From NCBI GenBank assembly GCA_040954595.2, contig CM082583.2, positions 2,180,925 to 2,244,924 on the forward strand: a DNA stretch of 64,000 bases, in the 5' to 3' direction. Positions 36,995-48,775 of the stretch are shown here, piece by piece. This stretch comes from Balanoglossus misakiensis (Eukaryota; Animalia; Hemichordata). How positions within the stretch are numbered: position 1 is the stretch's first letter; each line of letters starts with the position of its first letter. Made by a program: the position numbers and the translations under genes. Below the pieces are notes generated by a model, which worked only from the letters and a program-made list of their open reading frames with translations, searched no databases and was not told where the DNA came from.

Positions 36995-38254
36995 ATGATA
37001 TGCTATATATGTGGCACTACAAGCAAGACCACCAATACTGAATGTGATGTATGTTCTACTACCCTAGTCTCTCTCACAACCCCACACACGGGTCACAAGA
37101 AGGGTAGTCCGCCGGATATCCAGGCTATAAACCGACGCATGCATGAGGTTCTCGGTCAAAGATCACTATACGAAATACAGAAAGACAGACTCATACAGCA
37201 GTTCGAGCAGTTTCTAGCCGCTACATCACCAACTACCAATTTCATAACGGCAAAACCTGAGGATGTCGTCAGATTCCTAATATACAAGGATAAAGACGCT
37301 AAAACGCAAATACACGTTGATACTTGTGACTTTTATGGAAGGACAGGCACAATGCCGTGTCATTGCCCCAGACGACTGAAATCAAGTACAATAAAAAACA
37401 TGGTTTCAAAACTCGGCGTCTGTTTCAACTCAGTGTCGAATAATGCAAACCCGGCAAAATCCACGATGGTATTTAGGTACGTAAAAAAAATATCGGAAGA
37501 ACAAGCCAGAGCACATATTACCCCTAGACAAGCTAAACCACTGTTTCTAGAAAAAATGAAACGTATATTCAACCACGTATTAAGTAAGCTAGACGTAGCA
37601 AGATCGCTCACCCAAATTTACATACTGGCCAGGGATTTAGCGTTCTTTAAACTACTTGCATTTTCCGGCGACAGGGCGGGTGATCTGGGGCATGTAAAAA
37701 CACAAGAAATTCTACGTTTTCCAGACAACTCCGGCTTCATTTTCAATCACACCTATGGAAAAACTTTGAGGGGCGCATCTTCAAATATGTTTGCCCTTAA
37801 ACGATGTAAAGATGTGGATATTTGCCCAGTACACGCTGTAGAACAATACATCACATTGGCGGAAGGGATTGGGGTAAACTTGCGCAGAGGTCATCTATTT
37901 CGGCCAACAACCCCGAGCGGTGAAGTCGAGCAACGCCCTCTATCATCCCAAACAGCGTACAGTCGCCTCAAAGTGTACCTACAGGAGCTAAACATGGATA
38001 GAGGGGAAACACCACACAGTCTCAGAAGCGCATGTGCGATCACATTATCCTTGGCGGGGGTGGAGTTGAGTGAGCTTATGCGTCACATAGGTTGGCGTTC
38101 AGAAGATACAGCCAATCATTACACCAAACTATCTTCTGTGTCAGCGGCCCAAGGACCAGCCCAGAAGTTAAAAGAGGTGACTGATGCAGGAGAGATCCTG
38201 ACGCGAAACTACGAACAGGCGAATGATCTAACAGACTTCACTATGGCATTCTAA
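36995..38254 (+). CDS. ALOG-domain tyrosine recombinase
   Basis: CxxC-CxxC, then ALOG-like FLIYKDKDAKTQIHVDTCDFYG...PCHCPRRL...NPA...YVKKISEEQARA; catalytic motifs GDRAGDL, GKT, HSLR, HIGW, HY; uninterrupted ORF (frame open from 36896). Confidence 0.92.
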   Translation: MICYICGTTSKTTNTECDVCSTTLVSLTTPHTGHKKGSPPDIQAINRRMHEVLGQRSLYEIQKDRLIQQFEQFLAATSPTTNFITAKPEDVVRFLIYKDKDAKTQIHVDTCDFYGRTGTMPCHCPRRLKSSTIKNMVSKLGVCFNSVSNNANPAKSTMVFRYVKKISEEQARAHITPRQAKPLFLEKMKRIFNHVLSKLDVARSLTQIYILARDLAFFKLLAFSGDRAGDLGHVKTQEILRFPDNSGFIFNHTYGKTLRGASSNMFALKRCKDVDICPVHAVEQYITLAEGIGVNLRRGHLFRPTTPSGEVEQRPLSSQTAYSRLKVYLQELNMDRGETPHSLRSACAITLSLAGVELSELMRHIGWRSEDTANHYTKLSSVSAAQGPAQKLKEVTDAGEILTRNYEQANDLTDFTMAF

Positions 38255-38466
38255 ACCAGTCCGCTCCTTAATGGCACAATAACCTAATTTACAGATGTAT
38301 GGGGCTTGATTTCTGTACATAATCGTAGCAAGAATAAAGTTCATATTTTAGAATTGACACGTGTTTTTATATATATTATGGGTGTAGGAGTGGGTGTGTA
38401 TGGGTATTAAAGGATTGGGTGGGAAATAGGAAAAGTTGTGCATCCATAAAGCAGGGAGTTTCGCAT

Positions 38467-38549
38467 AACATAACATAAAACCCGGACCCACTCCTATAAC
38501 AATAGGCATATTCTAGAGCGGAGTTATAAGGCTTTAAATATTATAGTAT
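38467..38549 (+). repeat. Split direct repeat B1 (B2 at 38813-38895)
   Basis: 83-bp copies of aacataacataaaacccggacccactcc...gctttaaatattatagtat, identical by eye. Confidence 0.92.
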
Positions 38550-41358
38550 TTAAAGCCGCATCACTACGCGATATATATCCGCATATGCTAATTTATTATG
38601 AATATTCATGAGAACCCGTATAAAAGTTAGCGAATATCCGCACATGGGCTCAGTACCATTCCTTAACCACAGGAGGCAGCAGTTAGAGCAGATAAGGTGG
38701 AAGGTCAGGGCATATAAGTGGCGGGCGGGTGGGGGTTTATGTGTACCGATGAGCGATTTGGGAGTTTTGCCCACCCTCCCACCCTTCAGCAACCCCGCTC
38801 TGGAATTTGGCCAACATAACATAAAACCCGGACCCACTCCTATAACAATAGGCATATTCTAGAGCGGAGTTATAAGGCTTTAAATATTATAGTATACACA
38901 ACGGCAATGATAACAATCTTGTGCGTGAGCTAGGCCGTGGCTCAGTCACTCTCGATCCGAAAGTTTCATGATTTTTTTTATTCACAATCACCAATTACCG
39001 TAAATGATAGAAAGAGTCGAATTCACAAAATATGACGATTACCTCATGAATGTGCGGTGTCAACTTGGAAACTGTTAGCAACTTTGCCAAACGTAAATTA
39101 CAACATACGCGCCGCGCAATAGCTCACAACACCGCTCATGCACGCTCACAGTCACCGTACAGAGTATACTACGAGTATCGCTGTTGCCCCTGTATCAGTT
39201 GCGTCTTTATACCATACATGTAGCTGATATAGTCCGACTAGCACAAGTATGGATCGTTATACTGCCCTGCTCTTCACTTAAATCAACTTGGGTTTTAAAT
39301 ACGGCCGCACTGACACTGGATAGTGAGGCCTAAAGTTTACTGGAAGCATTTACCGAGTCATCGTCGGCTCGCACGGGTTGTTGGATCGACCAAAATTTCC
39401 CTAACGAACCAATGCGGAAACCGCTATATAAAAAAACACCGTCCACGGTCAAAGGATTTGTTGTGCCAAGGTCTATTTTTCGGATACCAAGAGCTTGGCG
39501 GGCGGAGAGGTTACCTAGTATAAATGCAAGACAGCCTCAGGATGTCAGTGTTAGCAAAAGGCACTGGCCTTGTTGACATTCCTTCGCGCGTGTCATTTGT
39601 GCATATTTCTGATTGGGCGAAACGTTACCTTTGACACAAATTTAAATATTCATGAGATTTCCTTTTTTGGCGATCGGGCCGACTGTGTATCAAATTCAAC
39701 GATAAACCACAGTCCCTCGAGGGACTCAAGTTTGCTACAAGTTTGCTATGAAGATGTTATCAGTATCGATCACAGGTCGTAAGGTCATAAACTGTGACAA
39801 GTGAATCTCTTTGTACGCGTACACCCATCAGTTATCAGGAAACAATGTATATTAGCGCCGGCTATTTTTTACACTCAGAGTGCGCGCCCGTGGTGACCCG
39901 CAGTATGCCAGAAAGTGCGCCCGTGCAACACTGCACACACTCACCTGCCACTGGTAATTAAAAATTTGATAGCTGGTGGTCTCTGTAACAGCTGGCCTAT
40001 TTAAGTTATGTAAACATGTCTTAGTTCAGGGTAAATAGTAACTTTAAAAACAACTGGGCAATTGGTTTAGGAGAAGATTTGCTAACCAAAAACAAAGAAA
40101 CTTACAAAAAAACTTGCTAAATATTGAATATTTCTGATGTCAGAATTGAATAAGAGTTGCACATAAACATGTATGTGTTATGAAATTATATCCTAAATGT
40201 CAAAGCAATCAGAGAAAATAAAAACAAATTTCAAAGCAATCCAATAAGCAGTTTCACAGAAAATATTTGTTCAAAAGTGGCAAAAACACAATTTCACATT
40301 TTCCCAGCTAATTTGCATATTTTTGGCAATGGCAACTTCATTTGAACAAACTCCCATCTAAAGCCCTGCTTGCATCTACACACCAAATATCGAGGTCATA
40401 TGCGCAGCAGTTTTCAAGTTTTTGATGTGAACGGACATACATACAGACATACATACATACGTACAGACGCAACCAATCCCATAAGGTCCCATGGTACATA
40501 CCAATGGGACCTAAAAATGTGTTGAACATGTCCGAAATTAACCCTTACCCTACCGGTTATGGTACCTGCTACAGTCACAAGTCGTTGAAAATATGTATAC
40601 CAATGTACATACTGTTTTACTGAGTTAGATAGCTTTTGTTTCTTTGCCATGTGTGAGTTGAATTGCTTGATTTTTCTGTATCCACCGTTTATGACCAGCT
40701 TGCCCTGACAAAATTACCAGCTGAGGCAACTAAGTGTCTTAGTTAAAATTCTCCATGGTCAAGGTATGAACTTGTCCAACATTCTACTCTTCTAGATTTC
40801 ATTTCTTACCTGCAATGGAAATTCTTTTCTTTTTCAGCTTGTATGTGATAAGTTCTCAGTTGTCACCAGAATCCAGATCATCAGGAATTGAAATGTTGGA
40901 AACTGACACATTTAAACTCCATTGTTACCAGACATTAACAGGTAGGTCAACAAGGATTGCAGGTTCAAGTTCTAGCATGGCCTTTACTCTTTTCTCATTC
41001 TTCTTTGCCTCCATGGGTAGACGGCCAATGGTGATTTCCACCTGTTCTGGCTGAATGAATTAGGAAAAAAACTTTCCAAGTTTATCAGATTGTCGGCATA
41101 ATACTAATAGAAAGCTTATGGTGACAACAGAACAAATTGAAGTATAGACTATTGTGGTATGCATACAAAGTCTATGTTATTGCCTGTTGGTTATTGCTGT
41201 GTGTAGAAGAAAACACACCACACTTTCGGTCCCCCCCTTGTGGCGAACGTTTGAAATCCTTGATTTTGCGCATGGGTTCACAGCAACTCAAAAGTCTCAT
41301 ATTTGAGTTCACACTGACAGACAACAAGCTATGTCAATGCTAGAAGTCTGCAGATTGT

Positions 41359-43260
41359 TGGGGGAGTTGCCATGTTCCTTGATTATGAAAAAGCCTTCGA
41401 TAGCGTTAACTGGGACTATCTTGATGAAACTTTACGACGTATGAATTTTGGTCATTCCTTTCGTCAATGGGTAAAAACTTTCTACACGAACATTCAGAGC
41501 TGTATTTTATACAAGGGTTGGTCTTCAAGTTACTTCAGGTTAGAAAGGGGTGTCCGTCAGGGATGTCCCCTCTCTGCACTTTTATTTGTAATAGCAATAG
41601 AGTTTTTAGCTTGTAAGATCAGACACGATAAAACTATCAAAGGGTTTCGTCTGCCTGCTGGTAATGGTCGTGCCAAAGAAGCAAAGATATATTTACTTGC
41701 AGATGATACAACAATATTCGTTGCAGATTTGTCTTCTGTTGTGTCTGTTCTCAAAGTAATGGAGAAGTTTCAAGGATGCAGTGGGCTAAGGTTAAATAAA
41801 AAGAAAACGCAGGCTTTTAAACTTGGTAATTTAAGAAATTGTAACGATAAAGTGGGTGATATAAGTTGGACTGACAATCCTGTAAAAACTCTTGGAGTAT
41901 ATTTTGGGTATGATGATGCTCTGTGTAAGCAGTTAAACTGGGATGATAAGTTAAAATCATTAGGTAAAGTTTTGGAAATGTGGGGAAGACGGCAACTCAC
42001 GATTTATGGCCGTGTTCTCATTACCAAGTCTCTTGCTGTTTCAAAAATTATGTATTTATCATCAGTAATTGGTATTCCCAATGATATTCTCTGTAAAGTA
42101 CAACGTCTCGTTGACAGTTTTGTAAAACGTAAAAGGAGAATTTCGAACAAAATTCTTGAAAGTGGCTACAAGCTAGGAGGAGTTAATCATATTAATGTGA
42201 AATGCCAAGTGGAAGCAATGATGGCTCTTTGGGTTAAAAGAATAATAATGTGTAAAGACGAGACATGGGCTGTCTTGCCCTGGTCATATTTTCTTTTAGA
42301 TAATACCACAAATTTATTGCATCAACACTCAATTTGGCAAAGGGTTCCTGATTTTCTTTTATCTGTACTCCCTGAATTTTATGTAAATGTACTGAATGCC
42401 TGGTATGCGGTGAAACACAATGCTTCCCGTGCAGGGAACCGTACCCTTGTCTGGTCCTCCAAATTCAGGTGTTTTTATGCAGCTCACTCTGAAAGTGATG
42501 ACTATGATGTCACACTTGGCGTTTCTAAATCTCCACAAATTAACTTGTAAGGTGTTGTATACTCATCTCATTCAGAGGCACTCAGTACAGGCTAGCGATA
42601 AACTCTCAAAATGGTTTTCTAAGTTAAATATCACCCCTGTAAAGCCAGAGAGCGACTGTTACAAAATCTGGCTGAGTGTGTACAAGTTGACTAAAGAGAC
42701 CCAGTTAAGAGAGTTTCAGTGGAAATTTCTACAACGTTTATTACCATGTAACAAGTATTTATACTTGTGGAAGTTAAATGAGTCAATGTTCTGTCCTCTT
42801 TGTCACCAGATTGACTCTCTGGAACACAGATTTATTTATTGTCAAATAGCTGTGAGATGCTGGAAAAAGCTGAAATACGTCATCTCTAAATGTTTTGAGT
42901 GTAGAGAAATAACACCATCAGACATTATTTTTACAAAAGTTGGCGAGAATGTCAAACCCAAAGAAAAACGTTATGTTTTTCAGCTTTTAATTCTTCTTGG
43001 GAAATGGAGCATCCATAAGTACTGGGTGACGAATGAAAACACACCGATTGAAGTTTTAATCAAAAATGAGTTTATGTTAAGGTATAAGATTGAAAAACAA
43101 ATGGATGCGAAAGCTGTTGTGCTAGAAACTTTTCAGAAAATTACGAGTTTACTGTAATTTTTAACCTCTTCAGGCCCGTGCAACAATACTGTCTTTTCTA
43201 TATTTATATAAACATGTAATTGAGGTGAAGGTTTAAATAAAAGATAAAAAAAAAAAAAAA
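41359..43260 (+). mobile_element. 5'-truncated L1/Tx1-clade LINE
   Basis: 15-bp TSD aagtctgcagattgt (41344-41358, 43261-43275), AATAAA and poly(A) tail. Confidence 0.92.
41372..43157 (+). pseudogene. LINE ORF2 fragment (RT + C-terminal CCHC zinc finger), one frameshift near 42540
   Basis: LDYEKAFDSV, GVRQGCPLS, LADD, KTLGVYF, CPLCHQIDSLEHRFIYC. Confidence 0.9.
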
Positions 43261-43509
43261 AAGTCTGCAGATTGTATTTCTACAGCCAGAGTTACATGTA
43301 CAGTGCCTGGTGACTAAAACCAACTTTTGTTTAAAAAAAACAACCCCTGTGAGATGAACATTTATAGAATTTCCAACACATAATGTAAATAATCCATCCT
43401 AGCAGCAACATGAAACCTGGCGAGAAATGATTCATGTCTACTGACGTCTAAACCATATATACTCCCCCCCCCCCAACACCAGAAAATATAATCCATTCAG
43501 TTTTTTTAA

Positions 43510-43594
43510 CCCTTTCACCATCATGGTTCAGTCCAAACCCATTGTTTCCTATGGTAAGGTTGGACCTCTTAATAGGGATCTGGGGGTGGAAGGG
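43510..43594. mobile_element. Tiny piggyBac-like MITE (~85 bp); related copies at ~45525-45603 and 45986-46069
   Basis: TTAA|ccctttcacc...ggtggaaggg|ataa; shared core tccaaacccattgt...ggtaa.gttgga..tct. Confidence 0.55.
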
Positions 43595-43926
43595 ATAAAG
43601 CTTCTTGCAAACACTTCCTCTCAAATGCACTGCCTCCAATGTACTGGTTTCTGTCAATACTCACCAGCAATCCCATCTTGCAAATACTTCCTGTCACAAC
43701 AAGAATTACAAATTCAGTTTGTAAACAAATACAGCTTCTCCTCTTGTGGTTGCTGTTGACACACCCCTTGAAGCAAGAAGCATTTTTGAAAGAAATTACT
43801 GTCAGCTAGCTAAATCCTTGCATCAGTCAATCTAATGTTTTTAAACTCTGGAAAGGACCTTGGAATACTTTCGCCTAAGAAAATTATCTTGTAATCTATA
43901 TTTATGGAAGTTTGCACTGTGACTGA

Positions 43927-45341
43927 TAGTCCATGGGCCAGGACCCGATTTTTCATGAATTGGTATCAGAAAGATGGACAAAGCCTCATGTGGTTTTTTG
44001 GAAAGGCCTATATCTCTAGATTATAAATTGGGGTGATAGCCCTGCCTATCGAGTAGCTTTCTGCATTTTTTCCCTCAAAAACTAATGTAAGAACATAAAA
44101 ATTTCCGACCCAAATTTTGGGGGTAGGGGAACTTTAAATTGCTGTATCTCCAGCAAAACTAAAGCCAGAACAGTCATTTGCCACTCAAATTGTGTGTTTT
44201 TTAGAACTCTACCAATATAATATATTTTGGTGGTAATTCGTTTTGAATTGAGGTCAATAGAGGTCAAAAGGTCATGAAATTTGGGTCATTCTGAAAATTT
44301 GTAGTATGACTATTTCTTGAACGATTGTTTTGAACTTAAGTCTTTAAATGTCATTCAGAAGATAAAATACTCTCCCAGAATCTATTTCAAACCAATAGAA
44401 AACCTTATTATTCATTTATGACCAGAAAAACACAAATAAGGAGAAACGACAGAAAGACATCCAATTTCCCACTCAGATTTAAGGGTAGGGGAAACTTAAG
44501 TTCTTGTAACTCCGGCAAAAATAAACCCAGAACAGTCATCTACCACTCAAATTGTGTGTTTTTAGAACTCTACCAATATAATATATTTTGGTGGTAATTC
44601 GTTTTGAATTAAGGCCAATAGAGGTCAAAACGTCATGAAATTTGGGTCATTCTGAACATTTGTAGTATGACTATTTCTTGAACGATTTTTTTGAATTTAA
44701 GTCTTTAAATGTCATTTAGAAGATACAATACTCTCCCAGAATCTGTTCTGGGTTTATTTTTGCCGGAGTTACAAGAACTTAAGTTTCCCCTACCCTTAAA
44801 TCTGAGTGGAAAATTGGATGTCTTTCTGTCGTTTCTCTTTATTTGTGTTTTTCTGGTCATAAATGAATAATAAGGTTTTCTATTGGTTTGAAATAGATTC
44901 TGGGAGAGTATTTTATCTTGTAAATGACATTTGAAGACTTAAGTTAAAAAAAATCGTTCAAGAAATAGTCATACTACAAATTTTCAGAATGACCCAAATT
45001 TCATGACCTTTTGACCTCTATTGACCTCAATTCAAAACGAATTACCACCAAAATATATTATATTGGTAGAGTTCTAAAAAACACACAATTTGAGTGGTAA
45101 ATGACTGTTCTGGCTTTAGTTTTGCTGGAGTTACAGCAATTTAAAGTTCCCCTACCCCCAAAATTTGGGTCGGAAATTTTTAGGTTCTTACATTAGTTTT
45201 TGAGGGAAAAAATGCAGAAAGCTACTCGATAGGCAGGGCTATCACCCCAATTTATAATCTAGAGATATAGGCCTTTCCAAAAAACCATGTGAGGCTTTGT
45301 CCATCTTTCTGATACCAAATTCCTGTCTGGCCCATGGACTA
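43927..45341. mobile_element. Academ-like foldback non-autonomous element
   Basis: Termini tagtccatgggcca / tggcccatggacta, 3-bp TSD tga; ~570-bp inverted arms and an internal ~370-bp-period tandem duplication. Confidence 0.75.
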
Positions 45342-45621
45342 TGATGGCAATGTCAACATTATGGTTGAAGGTGGTCATGTTACAGCAATCCAAACAATTT
45401 CATGCACAAGAATGAATTCTGGGTTTCACTTATTGATCTGGTTGTTTGATATTCAATTTAAAAGGATATTAGCTGTAACTATTGACTATATTTTCAGTAT
45501 TTTTGTTCTGTGTATCAAATATAATTTCGCCAGCTTGGTTCACTCCAAACCCATTGTGTTCTGAGGTAAAGTTGGATCTCTATATAGGGAACTGGGGGTG
45601 AAAATCAGAACTTTGGGTTAA

Positions 45622-45925
45622 AGCACGTAGCTCGTCTCAAGCGCATGCGCGTAACTTCCCAGCAAATTTTCCGTTCGATGCATTCAAATAGTGGACTGCC
45701 TTTGCTTCCTTCCATATTTCTTGCGCAGCGTAAAAGTAGATTCTGGTTTTGTCCCTCCTTTTCACCCAAGCTAGAGTCTTTTCCCGATCTCCGACACAGA
45801 TTATGGTCGCCGCCATCTTCTCTGTTGTTAGGGCAGAGCATTGCCTTATGGGATTGACTGACTTCACTAAACGTCTGTAACCAGCGGCTACAGTTGGAAC
45901 ATGCGTGTGAGACGAGCTACGCGCT
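45622..45925 (-). mobile_element. Kolobok deletion derivative retaining the 5' coding remnant
   Basis: TTAA TSDs; TIR agc(a/g)cgtagctcgtctca; minus-strand MAAT...KRRDKTRIYFYAAQEIWKEAK...SNGKFA resembles Kolobok-associated protein N-termini (recollection, unverified). Confidence 0.7.
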
Positions 45926-46621
45926 TTAAACTTTGCAAGACCCCTGTTTTATTGAACCTGAGTGTAAAATTGTTGTTAGATTTAATACTTTCACCCCAGA
46001 TCCCTCTATAGAGGTCAAACCTTCCCATAGAAAACAATGGATTTGGACCAAACCATGGTGGTTAAAGGGTTAATCTCATTATGAGAGAGGGAAATTTAGC
46101 ACAATTATTTCTAGTGTAAATTCTGTGTCAGTCTGAATTGCAACCAGTAATCTACACCTTTGATTAAAACAAAAATTGTGTAATTTTTTTTTTCAGGAAT
46201 TAAATTCAGAGTATTAACAGATCCAAGACAAGGTGGAGTGGATACTCTGTTAAAGAAGATCTATGAAATTTATTCATTTTATTCATTAGATATGCCAATC
46301 AGGTGAGAATATCACTTTTTAAATTGCTAATTGTACATGTATTATCATTTCTATTATCAATATTTTTGTCATCGAGTGTACGCTACCTTTGACCTTATCA
46401 ATACCAATGCTGAATCTGTTTTCAGACTGAATCCACTCCATTGTGGTGTCAATTTGCATTCATAGTTTCATGGATCACGAACAAGAAAATGATGATATAT
46501 GCAGAATGGTGATCACACAGTTATCCATGAAGCATGTCATTTTATTCTGACCACAGATTTATATCTACTCTCTGAAGACTTGCATCTTTTTTTCTTTTGT
46601 TCATTTCTCAGGTGCGAATTA

Positions 46622-47314
46622 GGCTGCATTCACAAACACCTCTGGAGGGGGGGGGGAGAATTGAGGGGGGGGGGATTTGAAAAAAATTGAGGGTATGTAT
46701 GGGGGGGATTTGAAATAATTTAGGGACTGAAAGGGGGGGACTTGAAAACTTTGACGACTAAATATTTATTTTGAGTCCACAAAAATGCAGTTTCACGCCC
46801 TTTATTTTACAAAATGTTCTGGTTTATCTAGTGTCCCAGGTCAGGGGACTTGCCCCCACCCCATGATAACTTTGAGCGGCGACAGTTAAATTTGTCCTCC
46901 CCAACATACCGGTAGGTGAGTTAATTTGCTTTTGCCGGGTTCATTAAAATGCAGCTTTGAGCTCTGTATTTTATAACATTTTCTTATGTGGGAGGGGGAC
47001 ACCCCCTTCAATTCTCGGTTTACAATGTCTCCCAACACAGAATACAAATACTTAAAAAAATAAAAACAATGTTCAGTTTTAATACCCACTGATGAGGGGA
47101 AACATCAGTTTCAAATTCTTTTCATGGGAGTGCTGTTGTGATGTGTTTTGCTCTGAAAGAAAATGGGGGGGGGGGTTTCAAAATGTTGGCAGTTCGGAAG
47201 TGGGGGATTTGAAAATATTTTGGGTTGTGTACGGGGGGCATGTGAAATTAGCGGTAGAAAAAATTGAATTCTCCCGCCCCCCCCCCCCCTCCAGGGGTGT
47301 TTGTGAATGCAGCC
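46622..47314. mobile_element. PIF/Harbinger-type MITE
   Basis: TIR ggctgcattcacaaacacc.ctggaggggg; TTA TSD on both sides. Confidence 0.85.
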
Positions 47315-48649
47315 TTATTTGATGAAAACTTGAAGTCAACACTGGAACAAGCTGAGAGAACCACTGTTTACACAGCCAGTGTATAGATCGAACTTGTGGA
47401 CTTCTTACCCATGATGTTATCATGGCGGTGATGCTGACAGTTGTGTGTTACCAACAACAATGCCTGCACAATATGTAATACCCTCTACAAAGCATGTGCA
47501 CAGCCAGTGTATAGATCGAATTTGCGGACTTCTAACCCATGATGTTATCATGGCGGTGATGCTGACAGTTGTGTGATACCAAGAATGTGCAATCATTTTG
47601 GACTGCTAAAGTTAAAGAATATTCTCAACACATAGAACCAGAAATATATGTTGTTCTGGTTATGTCTGATATTTCCAAGATTCTTGGTGTATTTGAGAGA
47701 GTCCAATTGAGTGTGAACAGCGCCCCCACTGGCCAGAATGTCAACACATCTGTCCAAAATGCCAGGAGGACATTAAAAGACTGTGGTTGATCCAACTAAC
47801 ATGGAGGCTATCATCAGCAGTGCATTCAACTGTAGAGGGTTGACTGATCTTTGTGATATAAATACAAATTTGTTGTCATCATGTTTTATCCCTAATTTTT
47901 TTGTTGGCCACAAGTTTTGGACAAAGCACACAGTTTCAAAAAATGTGCATGATCCGGAGTCCTGATAATAACTACTTTGAACTTCAAAATTCTGTCAAGT
48001 GTGCAATTATGAAAACTAGTGAACCTAGTCTCGTCTAAGTGGGGATTTAGTCACATGGGTGTGTGCTTTCAGCCAATCAGAAGTCTCAGATTCAATGCTT
48101 TCATCTTCATTACAGACACATTAAACCACTAAACATGGGGTTTGTTTTGGCATCGAATGTAAATTGTAACGTCTATTCTCAGAATAAATATAATCAATTG
48201 AATATATTTCACTTTCAAAGATTGTTTTAGTGTAATGTTGCTGCTTCTTGGAAAACAATAAGAAAATATGATCATGGCTATTTTGCCATTTCTGTGTAAA
48301 TTGGTGATTGCAAGAAGTTGTTTATTTATTATTTTTTGGAATAGATTCCTGTTCGCCGAATCGTGTTCTGTAAACCTGCATGGGTTGTAAGTGTAAATTT
48401 AACTTCTAATGTGTAAAATTAGGTTGTCGTCAAGTAGTGTTTCAGTGGAGTCCTGAATGCAAAGCTGTGTCAGGCAAGGTACTGCAGCTGTCAATAATGA
48501 CGCAACCGCAAAGTCTTCTGGGAAATCTCTGCGGCGTCTAACACATTTGACACATTTGAAGCCTATTGTTTGCCGTTGTTTGCCGAGGTGGACAAGACAT
48601 CAAAGGGACATGCCGCGTTGCTAGTCTGTTTTTTCACTTTGTCTGTGGC

Positions 48650-48775
48650 GCCGCGGTTTTCAAGTTTTTGATGTGGGCGGACGTACCCGACATACATCCA
48701 TCCATCTATACAGACGCAACCGATCCCATAAGGTCCCACTGGTAAATCTATATCTATACCAAAATGGGACCAAAT
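48650..48775 (-). mobile_element. HINE 5' fragment
   Basis: tttggtcccattttggtatagatatagatttaccagtgggaccttatgggatcggttgcgtctgtatagatggatgg. Confidence 0.65.

Larger units (their letters stand above)
32941..38895 (+). mobile_element. Full-length tyrosine-recombinase (DIRS-order) retrotransposon with split direct repeats (PAT/Ngaro architecture), ALOG-type YR
   Basis: Layout A1-gag-RT/RH/MT-YR-B1-A2-B2; no TSD; TAT shared by both ends and by the B1/A2 junction. Confidence 0.92.
32200..39685. mobile_element. Non-autonomous TIR transposon with 5-bp TSD (host of the YR retrotransposon)
   Basis: ~80-bp TIR cagtcggcccgatcgccaaaaaaggaaatctcatgaatatttaaattt; TSD tgtat at 32195-32199 and 39686-39690. 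Confidence 0.8.
30962..40517 (-). mobile_element. HINE/Helentron-type element ends enclosing nested insertions
   Basis: Uninterrupted 5' hairpin tttttaggtcccattggtatgtaccatgggacct at 40517-40484 and the family 3' end at 30995-30962. Pairing these two ends as one element is inference. Confidence 0.45.

Noticed and set aside
38255-38895. Hammerhead ribozyme in the YR element termini
   Set aside because: No CTGANGA...GAAA core with flanking stems seen by eye; a covariance-model search would be needed to exclude other ribozymes.
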